DNA of 63,985 bases, counting the filler, from Octopus bimaculoides (taxonomy: Eukaryota), in assembly GCF_001194135.2 (NCBI RefSeq). It is 6 parts of 5 records of this genome, joined end to end, with 100 filler letters (N's around TTAATTAATTAA, not from the genome) between each part and the next. Parts side by side here need not be neighbours in the genome. Positions count along the whole stretch, not along the records: positions 1 to 22,642 come from NC_068989.1; 5 more parts are not named here. One strand, given 5' to 3'. The notes beneath the pieces were generated by a model. It saw only the letters and a program-made list of their open reading frames with translations, searched no databases and had not been told where the DNA came from. This document shows, piece by piece, positions 1 to 12,480 of the stretch. The first letter of the stretch is position 1, and every line of letters begins with the position of its first letter. The translations under genes and the position numbers were made by a program.

Positions 1-38
1 ATATATATATATATATAAAACTTACTTGGAGGCAATGC

Positions 39-300
39 GTGGGAGATAAAAACTGGTGCCCGCTAAATGGAGTTTGCATGTCCGAAACCATCATATATGA
101 GGCCACCGTAGATTCTGTATCCACTAAGGACGCAGTTTCTACAAAGAAATGCGTGGGCGTCACGGAGGTTATATTCAAGTCCAGATTCAATAATCACACT
201 TTGAGTTTCAGGCACTCGGAAAAAAGAAAACTACAAAATTATCCAGTCATATATGGTCTTTAAAAGATAAAGGCGTCAGTTACAACATCCATTGGAAGAC
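39..300 (+). mobile_element. Penelope-like element, GIY-YIG endonuclease fragment (frameshifted)
   Basis: CPLNGVCMSETIIYEATV...CVGVTEVIFKSRFNNHTLSFRH, then a shifted frame KLSSHIWSLKDKGVSYNIHWKTLAK; typical of the PLE GIY-YIG domain. Confidence 0.7.
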
Positions 301-759
301 CCTAGCCAAGTGTAATACTCTTACTGATAGGCCATGCTGATGGGACTGTACTGATAGGTTTCTATATTGTGTCTATGTATAAGCTTACCTGAATTTTATA
401 TTTTTATATTTTATATTTTTTTATATTTTTAATCATTTCATGTTTTTTTCATAATTATAGGGTTAATGTTTTTGTATTTTTCCACACATATTTTTCTGTT
501 TTCTCCTCTCCAAACTTTTTTCCTGTACGTTTATAAACACATACAATGAACTTTAAACGTGCGCGCTTCTAAGTGTGCACGTGGATGCGTGCGTATCTAA
601 ATATATGCGTGCGTATATAGAGATATGCGCGTGCGTATGTGGATATATGCGTGCATGCGATAACATACGCAGTTTTAGACGTGTTTTGACCTTGTCACTA
701 CACAGTAATTTCCCTCTGTGTTTTGACGGTCATTTTTCACAGGAATTTTCAATTGGCCG

Positions 760-819
760 GATAACTGAGAGATGTTGGCGTGGGCCCCCACCCTCTCATC
801 CGAAACTCGGAGTTTTATC
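760..819 (+). ncRNA. Decayed type I hammerhead-like motif (PLE-associated)
   Basis: Stem I GATAA/TTATC; core CTGA-GA with N7 missing; stem II GATG...CATC; GAAA; stem III ACT-CGG-AGT; GUU triplet. Confidence 0.45.
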
Positions 820-844
820 ATGGCTACTGAATAAGTGTCACATA

Positions 845-880
<36 letters not shown>

Positions 881-1120
881 NNNNNNNNNNNNNNNNNNNN
901 NNNNNNNNNNNNNNNNNNNNNNNNNNNNNNNNNNNNNNNNNNNNNNNNNNNNNNNNNNNNNNNNNNNNNNNNAGATACACTTACACACTATATATTCGTT
1001 CTTCACTTCAAATTTCTTATTATGCTGGATCTATTCCATCTCAATCACAAATTTTATAATTAATTTCTTAAAACTAAACAGTCTGAAACTTTGAATACTG
1101 GGAGAATGTTGCACATAGAA

Positions 1121-1861
1121 CACGGTTTGTTTTGAACGTTTCGGACAAAATTTCGTATGTTAGAAGTTATTTCGTGTAAAATTTGTCGTATTTAGGTAAT
1201 TTCGACCAATCAGCGACGTGTATTCGGTTGAAGAAAGCTATTGCTGTTTGCGATTGTAATCGAAGAACATCTTCCGGGGCATTTCTACTAAATGTCATCA
1301 CTCTGTTCGAAGAATGAACACCATAGAGCAATGAGTCTGCTGCTAACTTTTGTTGTTGACATATATGTAGTACATAACTTATTTTACAACTATGAGATGT
1401 ATTGCTATTGTTATGATTTTATTTTACTATAATCAACAACAAATATGGTCTTTATTAGATTAAAAATAACATTATCAAAACTTGAAGCTGAAACAAAACA
1501 AATAGCGGCTTATATATCGGTAAATACAGTATTTGTAGTGGTAGTGACGATTTCACTCGCTGGTAGCCCGTTGATAGTGTAGAAAATAGGAAAATAGTAA
1601 GGAATGCATGGTGCTGACTAGAAAGGAAAAAAGGATAAAGGTGATATCTTCTTCGTTTGCCGTATGAATAGAATAGAGTGGTGACATTTAGTAGAAATGA
1701 CCCGGAAGTTGTTCTTCTTCGATTACTATCACAAACATCCGTAGCTTTCTTCAACCGAATACGTGTCGTTGATTGGTTGAAACTGCCCAAATAAGACAAC
1801 TTTAACACGAAATAACTTCTAAAATACGAGATTTTGTTCAAAACGTTCAGAGTAGACCGTG
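1121..1861. mobile_element. Non-autonomous DNA transposon (MITE) with ~190-bp TIRs and CAC...GTG termini
   Basis: 1121-~1310 is the imperfect reverse complement of ~1670-1861 (shared GAAGTTATTTCGTG, ATTCGGTTGAAGAAAGCTA, CATTTCTACTAAATGTCA). No clear TSD. A related fragment lies near 60340-60400. Confidence 0.75.
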
Positions 1862-2379
1862 TCCTTCGTGCGAAATGCTATCAGAATTCGATGTTTCAAA
1901 TTGTTTAGTTTTAAAAAATTAATTATAAAATCTGTGATTGAGATGGAATAGATCCATTGTGCTTGCAACATGTCCTTTGTCTGGAAATCTATCGTCAAAC
2001 ATCCTGAGTTCTCTTCAGCGACTCACTATCCCAGTATCCTTTCTTGTTCTGTTTACTCCATTCTGTCTTTGTATGGGGTGTATCCTTTTCTGCGCGTGCG
2101 TTTGAGTCTGTATCTGTGTGTGTACCTGTGTGTGTGTATACGTGTCTAAGTGTTTTGTGTGTGTATATATGGTTTGTAACCGTGACCTTTATTTGGCTTA
2201 TTTTATGTACGTATTTATATTTTTTCCCATTTTTCTTAGGTACGTATCTGTATGTATTTTGCGTGTGTGAGTACATGCGTGTATGAATTATACTGTTTCT
2301 ATCTGTGCCTATTTTTCTCATTCTGCCTTTACTCGTAATGTTGCATAGTGTGGTGGTGGTGGTGGGTGCCATTGTTCTG

Positions 2380-2560
2380 TTTGCGTATTTTGTTGAGGCT
2401 CGGTCAGTATGTTACTATGTGTGTGGCCTCTGTAATCTATCTCAGTGTCGTGTCTGTTCGATACGTTGATAATACCTTAACATCTGTGTTATTACCCGAT
2501 CCTCTATGTTCTTAGTAAGCATGTTGGTAGAGCACTGATAAGCTTTTCTAATCTTTGAGC
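2380..2560 (-). mobile_element. Penelope-like GIY-YIG C-terminal fragment
   Basis: SVLYQHAY*EHRGSGNNTDVKVLSTYRTDTTLR*ITEATHIVTY*PSLNK resembles the PLE GIY-YIG end. Confidence 0.5.
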
Positions 2561-2801
2561 CCCCACCAGTGTCTCTTATAAGATGACGAAAAAACGAAAA
2601 CGTTACCGACAAGTACTCGAAACATAGACCTTATTCACAGTTTCCAAACATAACTTCAACAGTCACACACACACACACACACGTACACACACACCCACAC
2701 ACACACACACACACACATACAGACAATCATACATACACATATCAATACAAACTAACGCACTTTCATAGATACAAATACACAAATGAAAGACAATGAATGT
2801 A

Positions 2802-2855
<54 letters not shown>

Positions 2856-5299
2856 TCACTGACATAACTTCCTATTGCATCACTTTTGTGAAGATTTGTC
2901 AGTGAGCAGGTGGCGACGTCAAAGCGACGAAAATATTTTAACACAAATTAAGTTTTAATGCTCAAGTGAAACTAACGGTATTTGTGTGTTCTTCAATGGT
3001 TTACAAATATCTTTCACGCAGCAATTCTTTATGTTTCGGCATATGATCTCAGATCAAGTCACTTGCTATGCAAGTACATCTCTAATTCTCTAATTTTCTT
3101 TTTTATAACATATAACTGTATTTATGGGGAAAAACATTGAAGAAATACATGTGAGAGTGATGATGAAACGAAGGGGAATCCCATTGGATGTGCTACAAAC
3201 AACAGCTAAATCGGCCTTAAATTACTTTTCCCACTGTAAATATTAACAATTAAAAAATAATTTTATCGAAAATGCTCAAATGGTTTTGACGTGCCAAAAA
3301 AATTGGCCAAAATAAGTCCGGAGTGGGATGATGAGGGAGGGTGTGTAAAAAAAGAGTTTTTAAACTTTTTTGATACAAATATGACCCCCACCCAACTCCA
3401 TCATTTCGAAGGTTGTGGTTTAAAAAATATGGGGAAAATCCTCGAAAAAATTAGCCACACATATTTCTTTATAATCCTGATCTATTCTGTTTGAGAGGGA
3501 TTTGTATAAACTTTCGTTAAAGGATACCCATTTCCTGAAATTTATAAGGGAAAAGAATCAGATCGTGTGAATTTTCTGAAACTCCTCCCTCTACCTCTCG
3601 AAAAAATCCTTTCCGATAAATTCCTATATATCCTGAAGCCACAACATCTAAACGGTGTGTGTAGAAAACTTTGATAGAAAGTATCCATTTTTCTGGATGT
3701 TATGATGTAAAAAAGTCGAGGGCGTATACATCTGTACGAGTTTTGATTTCATGTTTACTTCATTTATTGCTTGCAATGTTTTCTTTCTCTCTCTAACACA
3801 CACACACACACACACACTGCAAAGTTTTCAGATGGGCTGCTGACTTGAAATCTCTATATTGCTTTGAGGGGAAGGTAAGATTTGACAAACAACCTCACCC
3901 TCTATTCTTGGACTACCGTGATGTTTGTTAAGAAAAGAGAGATTATGACTGTGAGGAAATAATGAAAGCATTATTTACTAAGCAAGTGAGAACTATTATA
4001 CAAGGAAATAATTAGACGTAAAATATAAAAATTATTAGAAATGGGAATCAAATGTGTAAATATTATCAAAGGGCTAGCAGAAAACCGCTCGGTGGGCGGC
4101 CCTTCTGCTACCAATATTAATGGAATTATTGTCTATATATGTTGGAGACATGAACGCAGCTGGAAATGTATTTATTAATGGTAGTCATCAAAATATACTA
4201 TTACTGCAGCTTGAGTCCATTGAGGCTTGCACATACATCACAAAATGGTAGAGTGTAATATATATATATATATATATATATGTCTGTGTGTAAGTACATT
4301 TATGTGTGTCTGTGCGAGTGTAAGTATATGTGTCTGCGTCCGTGTATAAAATTGGCGAGAAAAATAAGTTTGTTGAACATACAATTTTGTGATACAATGA
4401 AATAAACACATATTGTATTATAAATACTGGTGGATATGATCTGGGTATTAAGAGACAGACGCACGTAGAGGAAAAAGTCTATGGCGATATAATCAACGAA
4501 AGAGAAGAGGCAGGCCTTTTATATAAAACTATAGAAAATGCATCATGGTATAATAAAAGCTCATACAAACAAAAAAGTCATTACATTAAGTAGACTGAAT
4601 CGGTTTTGTAAAATTAGAAAATTGGACTGAGAATTTACTCATATGAATATGATTGGAGTGAAGTGATACGAATTAATCGCTAAAATTACAGAAACTATAA
4701 ATTTTGTGCAATTAGCATTAGACCTAATAAGCCGTGATCGAATCTAGGCATAGAACAATAATGTAATAGAAGTATATCACATTTACAACGCTTAGAACAA
4801 TGATGTAATGATAAAAATCAAAGCTAAGAGAAGGCATATGTGCACAAAATCATGGTCCATATTGATATGTGTACTCAATGTCATATGCATATATGCCTGT
4901 GCTTTTGTGTGGATATATGGTTTATGAAAATGTGTATATATATATATATATATATNNNNNNNNNNNNNNNNNNNNNNNNNNNNNNNNNNNNNNNNNNNNN
5001 NNNNNNNNNNNNNNNNNATATATATAATTGTAAGTTTATATCTATACGTATATATACATATCTTTCGTCCCTTACTTGTTTCAGTTTGAATGCATACAGG
5101 TTGTTTTGTATTTATCTCCCTGCTAGGATGTGATCTTCTTTCTGTATACATACAATTCCTGACACATTGCAGTCAGCAATTCTTGCCAACTCTAACTTTA
5201 CTCCTAGTATAAGAATTTTAAAAGCAAAAGAAACCTTGGGGATCAACTCTTAGTACGAACGATAAGAACACATGGTTGAGGTGCTGACATCAAGTAGGT

Positions 5300-6250
5300 T
5301 ATGAAATTTCTTGTTTGACAGTGGCATCCTTATTATTACGTGATGAGTTCATCTAGGTCGATGCTCTTACTGGTTAGAAACTATGATTTTTTTCTTTTGT
5401 TACTGCAAATGCTACACACGCTTCTTTTAACAAGAGACCGAAACAGGTAGGAATACGAAGGCTCAGTGTCGGGCAAATGTGAAGGGTACGGCTATACCTT
5501 CCGATCAATACCCGGTGGTTTCTGCTACGTCTGCAAAGATATATGTCGTCTGGGTTGATCGAAATAAAAGACAATTCTCTCATGATTAGCAAGTGCTGGA
5601 TGCTTCTGCTGGATCACTGCATTTAATTTCTCCAGCTTCTACCAGTATATACCAGAATTGATAATCCTGTATGTAGAAAGTTCTTAAACTTTCTTCGATA
5701 TAACGAAATTGAAACCAAACATTCTTCAGTTGGCATCCTTCTTTAGATGCTGCTTGTTGTGATTCGCTGCGCTATTCCCATGATTGATATCAATTCACAT
5801 TGTTATAGACGATTCACTTTTCGTCCCCTGTCAGCAATCTCTTCAAAGGATTGTTTACGTCACATTTCTGCAACGAGTTGCAGATGTAAATCCGTTAGGC
5901 GGGATCAGGATCGTTCAATTATATGTTGGACCCAAATATTGAGCCTACTGACGTTATCATGTTGATGTAGATGATTTGGATATTTAGGGAAGATCTCCGA
6001 TCATCCTGATTGTATAAGGGCGGCGGCTGTCGACTAACTCCTTCATATTCTCGCTGTTAATTCCAGTTGGTTCACCACAGCTCTATCCAGTAAATGTCTC
6101 AATAGAAATCTAAAAAGCCATTTCTTGCACACATGTTCCATAACAGCATAATGGAATCCTCTCCTTATCTAAAATAATAAAGGCATGAGGTGTGGATAAT
6201 ATTCGTTTGGTTCTACATACTCAACGTGATCCCAAGCACACAACATAAGG
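5300..6250 (-). mobile_element. Degenerate mariner transposase
   Basis: IINSGIYW*KLEKLNAVIQQKHPALANHERIVFYFDQPRRHISLQT*QKPP...PYPSHLPDTEPSYSYLFRSL aligns by eye to mariner LNSDLYCQQLDRL...RIVFHQDNARPHTS...HPPYSPDLAPSDYHLFRSL. Confidence 0.75.
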
Positions 6251-6704
6251 CAAGGGGACAAACTGGCATTAACTACTTATTCGAGTGCTCGAATTAGTAG
6301 TTAACCCTAAAACCGAGCGAACATTTTGGTCAACTCATCAGATGTGTATATAAATGTATATTGTTGTTCAGTTAATTGCACTAAGAGACCAGGCATATTT
6401 TCAACCGTTGGCACAAAGCAAGATATTTTAAGTAATTGATTGATTGTATTCGGATGATCTATAAGATATAGAAGAATAACTTTTAATGTACGTAATCACA
6501 GACAACACACAACACACGCATGCAGAAATACACTCCCAAACACTCAGGCACTTTACATATACTAATTTAGATTATATCAAACCACTGTGGGGAATGTACC
6601 TTTTCACTATATACATTAAAATAAAATGAGTTGAAGTGAATTTAATGGATTAAATTGAATTACACTAAGCAATATGCGCTTAATATTTGGTTAATTGGAT
6701 TATA

Positions 6705-6990
6705 TCTATATATAGAAATCTTAGAATGTGTGTATGTCTGTGTCCGTGTCTCTATGTGTGCATCACTAAAACTCGAGAACTACCCAACGGATTTCGTTCA
6801 CATTTTACACATACACAATTTGGGCCTATGGAGTGTCGAAGGTCAAAAACCTTTTCAAAGTCTTGCTTAAAGCGAGCCGCCCAGAACAATCTCTTAGTTT
6901 GTTTCAGTATTACGTGTCAAAAGTAAAACAATACCATGTCTATTGCAATGTGAGATAATAGCTTCGGTTTTAATAGTTTCGCTATTAATA
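6705..6990 (+). mobile_element. Non-autonomous Helitron/HINE-like repeat, copy 1
   Basis: TATCTATATATA start, GT/CT microsatellite, then GCATCACTAAAACTC...TTTCAGTATTAC.TGTCAAAAGTAAAACAATA shared with 61805-62155. Confidence 0.45.
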
Positions 6991-7111
6991 CTTTCACTAT
7001 GCATATAATATATACATAATGAAACTATTATCTCATATTACATACAAACACACACACACACACATACATACATACATACATACATACANNNNNNNNNNAT
7101 ACATACATACA

Positions 7112-7144
<33 letters not shown>

Positions 7145-8039
7145 TTTAGAGTCTTTGTCTTCCAAAGATTTATGAGTGCAAACTATAGTAATTTCAATTT
7201 TACTTTCTCCTCGTTTATTATTCTTACTGAACGAAATAGTTCATTTGAAGTACTTCAGCCTGGTAAATCATTTAACTTATGTTTTCAGTAATATATATAT
7301 ATTTATATATANNNNNNNNNNNNNNNNNNNNNNNNNNNNNNNNNNNNNNNNNNNNNNNNNNNNNNNNNNNNNNNNNNNNNNNNNNNNNNNNNNNNNNNNN
7401 NNNNNNNNNNNNNNNNNNNNNNNNNNNNNNNNNNNNNNNNNNNNNNNNNNNNNNNNNNNNNNNNNNNNNNNNNNNNNNNNNNNNNNNNNNNNNNNNNNNN
7501 NNNNNNNNNNNNNNNNNNNNNNNNNNNNNATATATAAATAGATGCCTATGTATAGATGTATAACTATATATGTATATGTTTCATATGAAATAGTGTACGC
7601 CTTTATACACAAAAGAGGTGACCTTTAAGAGGACACCTTACATGATAGAGGGGGCAGTTAAATCCCAAGCCACGAATAAGAGAAATTTCAGAGGGAATGA
7701 AAAATAAAAATATTTCTATAGTTACCCTAGACTCGAGTTTCTACATTAATGTGCAAATAAATTAATTTGCCGTTCGTACTTCTTCAGTAAGGGCGCTAAG
7801 ATTAATGCACATTTATGCAACTCGGAGAATACATGTGCTACACACTTATACATTCTACTTGTTCAGATCCACCGCGCAAGCGTAGTTACATTTGCCCGCG
7901 AATAATAATAATAAAAATTAAAACTGCCTACCAAAAGGTTTCGAAAACTTTACTGTGAAAATATGAAGGGTAGAACATTTTGAGAAAATTTTTACTAGTG
8001 GCCAGCATGCGTAATAAAGATATTAGATATAACAAGAAG

Positions 8040-9720
8040 TAAAAAGGAGAAAATGGTGGTGTATAAAACCCTATCACTGACAAGCAAGAAGATAGAAATG
8101 GCTAACGAGGAAGATATAAAAGAGTGTTTAAAAGATATGAGAAGTAATATTGAATTTTACTGCAAAGGAATACAGTTTGGTGCAGTGGAGGTGCGCTTCC
8201 CTACTGTAGAAGAGGCAGTAAAGTACTCTACTGTAACATTAAACACTGAAAAACGGGCACTCCTGCCATCATATCTCGGGAAACGAGTAGCGAGAATGAG
8301 TATTGGCAGGGTGCCCCATTGGGATTAATGAGATAGGAACGAAGGAGGAACCAGAGGTGCTGCAGGTAAGCTGCACCAAACATTTGAACTGATGGGGATA
8401 CAGACTGGAAGCTATAATTCAGTCCACCCCAGTGGACTTACAGGAAATTACCGAAGAAATAGAGCTACCAGATGAGGTGAAGCTACGAGAGGTGGTAGCG
8501 GGAAGACTTCCCATCTGCTACCAATGCAGAAAGAAGGGCCAATTAAAGGCGAAGCGTCCCCTTCTTAACAGCCAAACACCAATAGAGGAGATACAAGAAG
8601 AAAATAACAGAGATGAGAAAAAAAAAACGGAAGAAGTAAATGTAGAAAACAGGTGTAATTACTGCATGCCAAGTTCCTTTTCCCACAATTTACGTCCCTA
8701 TGGAACGTAGGTTCATGGATCAAACGGAGACCTAGATTGGTACAATGGCAGAAGGAGTGCAGACAAGGACTCACTCTGTTCTCCCGGGCGAGTAGTACCG
8801 GCAGCGGGGCTACCACTGCGGATTTTTATAGAGGTTTGGTAGAGCATGAGTCCGACAACGTTCTAGGGAAGTCTCTAGGCTTCGATGAGGAGCAGCTAAC
8901 CAGCCTGTTCGGAAGGACATTCGGGACGAGGTATCTGGATAACTTCTAGAAATCCCTGTCTTTGTTGTAATACCGATAGACCTTGCCGGTTCGACAGAGG
9001 TTATCGAGACACGGGTTTGAAACCTCCCCCACATGCCCAAGGTGTGGGCGCGTCATTGGAATTGTTGCGCACGCTTTCGTACATTGTGAGGAGTTAAGGG
9101 AACTGATGACCTATGGGGAACAACTGATGTCAGAGACGGGAAGAGTACGGCTCTCGACTGAGTTCATAATTATGATTGTACCACCTTCCTCCCTTAACGA
9201 AGAAAGGAAGGCGTCTTTTTTTTGTGTAGTAGCCATACCGAAACTCAATATGGATGACTCGTGCAAGGGTAATTGAGACAGGCAACTTTATCTCTGGACG
9301 CGAGTTGGTGAGTTATTTTAACTACCACCTGCGTTGTAAGATGCGCAGGGAGAAAAAGTGCCTGTCCCAAGGAATGTTCGCGAAAAGATGGATGACTGTT
9401 GTAAGGATACTGAAAGTAAATGGAACCGTGCTAGTATAGCCGTACAAGGTGGAAAGAAGGAAAATGGTAAAGAAAATACAGAGGAAAAAATACAAAAAGG
9501 GAATTTAAAGGGGAAAAAATGGAAAACCGGCGGGTTAAATAAAAACCCCAAGGTTTATATTTTTATTATAATCATCCAATTTTAAAAAATTCATTCGATT
9601 TCACCCCCTCGATTTCAATGTACCGTATTAATCATTTTGTATCATGTTTGTAACTCTTCTCCTTTGCTGTGACTGTTCTTGTTTGTCTCCTCTATGTATG
9701 CTCGTATAGGCAATAAAAAA
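8040..9720 (+). mobile_element. Tx1/L1-clade LINE remnant with internal deletion
   Basis: ORF1-like pieces (8053-8328; 8432-8660 with degenerate knuckle CYQCRKKGQLKAKRP) followed directly by the ORF2 C-terminus (LPVRQRLSRHG..TCPRCGRV..VAHAFVHC, zf-RVT-like). Ends in AATAAAAAA at ~9714. No EN or RT domain seen. Confidence 0.65.
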
Positions 9721-10914
9721 ACATACTCAGCGATGTACGCATTTCGGGCCAGTCACACAGACGACGAAATACGTCGTCATATTTCGGAAGATATGAATTA
9801 GTTAGTGCATTTACATTGCCAAATAATGTTATAATATTCAGACATGAAAATGAATGTATGAATTTCCCTGACGTTTGTTTCAAGCAACTTCAAACTGAAA
9901 ATAGAAGGTGTTTACTATCATTGTTGAACTGGTAATGAGTTGGGAAACTAGTCATTGTATCTCGATTCAGTTTGGAATAATGAGAGAAACGTAGAAATAT
10001 ATCTGTGCTTTAACGATCATCAGTGCTATTTAAAAAGTATAATTAAATGCATGTTTAAGAAAATGCTTTACATGTATTAACAAAATTATGCACTAATTTG
10101 CTCTCTCCGTATATCTGCTAATTAAATGTTGTATATATATATTGGGCATAAACATCTAAACGAACTGGTTGTCACCTAAAATTATTCAATGTGGTCTTCT
10201 AAAACATAGTAAGCTATCAAAAATATATCGTTGAAATCATTCTCAGTTAAAGTAAATTTTTATTCCTAGTTTCTTAGATTTGATAAAATTAAACGCCAAT
10301 AGTTGTCAAACGGAGTCGCAAAAGACGAAAAAGAAGCAGCTGAGGTGAACTGAACAGCAAACTTTTTAAAAGCTAATATTCAAAGCTTTAGAAAATTCAT
10401 TTTGAAACATGAATGTCTTGAAAAAATCGTTAATCGTAGTTTTATTGGAAACAAGTGTAATTAATTAAAATATGCTACAGAATTTTTTGCATATTTTCTT
10501 TTATAAATATTTAACATTAAAACAATTTATCTTAAACTTCCTATGCGGTGTGTACCATTAATTTGTTTTCGTGATCTTTAGTGCATCGCAGTCAAAACCA
10601 TTGAGACCCTTTGAGATAACCTATGCTCTTTCCAGAAATTAAATGACAGCTGAGGTAGCTCTTCTCATAAATAAGTTCTAAGCAGACAGACAAAATATAA
10701 TAAATGCTTCGCCGGACACTAGACTATTACGAAAGCTACAAGCCTGTTAAATACTGACTAGATTAATGTACTATTACTTGGCTTCGTCTTGCGTGAAATA
10801 TTTCTTAAATGATGAAAAGCATTCAATACAAATTGTTATTGAATTGAAGACAAACGGCTGATTCGTGTATACTTTTCTAGACATCGCGTTCTGTGCATCT
10901 ATATAAAATAAAAT

Positions 10915-12480
10915 GATTACAGAACTGACATTTGTAGAAAATACATTAACTGTAGATACAGTCCTCCCTACAAATGCTGTGCTCTACTGGAAATATTTTC
11001 ACATCTCCAATAAATCACAAAGAAAATAGACGAGAACCGTCATCGACTTGCATCCAGAATTCCCTCTCCTGCATTGCACTTGGATGGTTACCCTTTAGTA
11101 GACTAGGGTCTTCAAGCACTTGGTCAATATTTGTCTTTGTAGGAGGACTCAAGAACGCTTTTGTGAGTTGGTTTCCATATCAGCTTTTGAGAAACATTTT
11201 GAACTGTTCTATGAAGTCACTGTGTACGGGATCTCTTTTTCATTTATGGTAGATATAACTCGTGGAGGCGTAATGGCCCAGTGGTTAGGGAAGCGGACTC
11301 GCAGTCATAGGATCGTGGTTTCGATTCCCAGACCGGGCGTTGAGAGTGTTTATTGAGCGAAAACACCTAAAGCTCCACGAGGCTCCGGCAGGGGATGGTG
11401 GCGAACCCTGATGTATTCTTTCACCACAGCTTTCTCTCACTCTTCCTTCCTGCTTCTGTTGTGCCTGTAATTCAAAGGGTCAGCCATGTCACACTGTGTC
11501 ACGCTGAATATTCCCGAGAACTATGTTAAGGGTACACGTGTCTGTGGAGTGTTCAGCCACTTGCACGTTAATTTCACGAGCAGGCTGTTCCGTTGATCAA
11601 ATAGAACCCTCGACGTCGTTAGCGACGGAGTGCCAACAAAAATATATAACTCTTTGAAGATTATCATAAAGAACCTGGTTTTTAATATAGGACGGCCATG
11701 TCATGTGATGTGCTGTTCCTAGAAAGCTTTTGTATGTTATATCAAGTTTTCTCCCCAGTGTTTTAGGTAAAGCCCATGTAGTGCAGTTGTATAAGGTACG
11801 GTCTCTGTTGCTGCTCGAAAAAAAGCTAATTATAAGTTCTCAGTTTAGATTTAATTTCTAAATGGTGTCCATATGTGATAGAGCTGACAATACTTATCCA
11901 ATGCTAGCTTTAACATTTTCCTTAACAGTATGAACTCACAAGTCCAGATAAAGGAAATTACCTAGTTTTTCTAATTCGTATACATTCACAGTTAATAGGC
12001 AGCTATCTTCTTAGTAATAAGACATGGACATAGTTTTGTCTTCGTTTATATGAAATTCACTCTGTAAAGCACAGAAATCAAGTCGCAATGAAAACAGTTG
12101 GACTTGTGCTACTGGTTTACATGTTGACGTTGTCTTCAGTATAATGTGTATGTATATGAAGTACTGAATGAGGTCTCATGCTGCATGCTTGTTAAAGTTT
12201 AATACCGATAGATTGAGTAACTTCTGTTACCTCTCTCATTGTATATTCCAGTAGTATAATGAGATAAGCACGTCACATTGAAGAACTCTTGCTTGGATTG
12301 GAAAAGATCCAATGTAGCTGTCGTGAGAAAGTACTGTCGCAGAGGTGTATTTGCAGAGCACTTCGATAGTTGAGAATATATTCATTTTTTTTTGTGTGTT
12401 TGCCCAGAAGCGGTTCAACACGAAACTTTATTCCATTCAGGAGCAATTTGCTGTAATTTTTTGCAGCCATCACTACTACC
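10915..12480 (-). pseudogene. Heavily decayed TE-like reading frame (possibly Helitron/Helentron RepHel), split by a SINE
   Basis: Protein-like segments such as KRDPVHSDFIEQFKMFLKS*YGNQLTKAFLSPP and IFSTIEVLCKYTSATVLSHDSYIGS, with many stops. Family assignment is tentative. Confidence 0.22.
11262..11643 (+). mobile_element. tRNA-derived SINE, family A, full length with 9-bp TSD ATATAACTC
   Basis: A-box-like TGGCCCAGTGG, B-box-like GGTTTCGATTCC, CAA tail. TSD at 11253-11261 and 11644-11652. Confidence 0.9.

Noticed and set aside
1985-2025. CTGAAGA-GAAC..GTTT hammerhead-like start on minus
   Set aside because: GAAA and stems I and III are not recoverable.
3832-3874. Plus-strand exon-like unit WAADLKSLYCFEGK|gtaaga
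   Set aside because: Isolated, weak acceptor, no homology; expected by chance in 64 kb.
11262-11340. tRNA-like sequence
   Set aside because: SINE head with A/B boxes, not a complete cloverleaf; same for the other copies.
11143-11795. Plus-strand microexon pair reading EDSRTLF/VLGKAHVVQLYK
   Set aside because: Both fall in the register that is open because of the antisense coding relic; no recognisable protein and no continuing exon.
12087-12372. Signal-peptide-like MKTVGLVLLVYMLTLSSV plus an ShK-like Cys pattern (SCLDWKRS..KYCRR) on +
   Set aside because: Needs several stops and frameshifts repaired, no splice phase gives an open product, and it overlaps a probable decayed TE frame.
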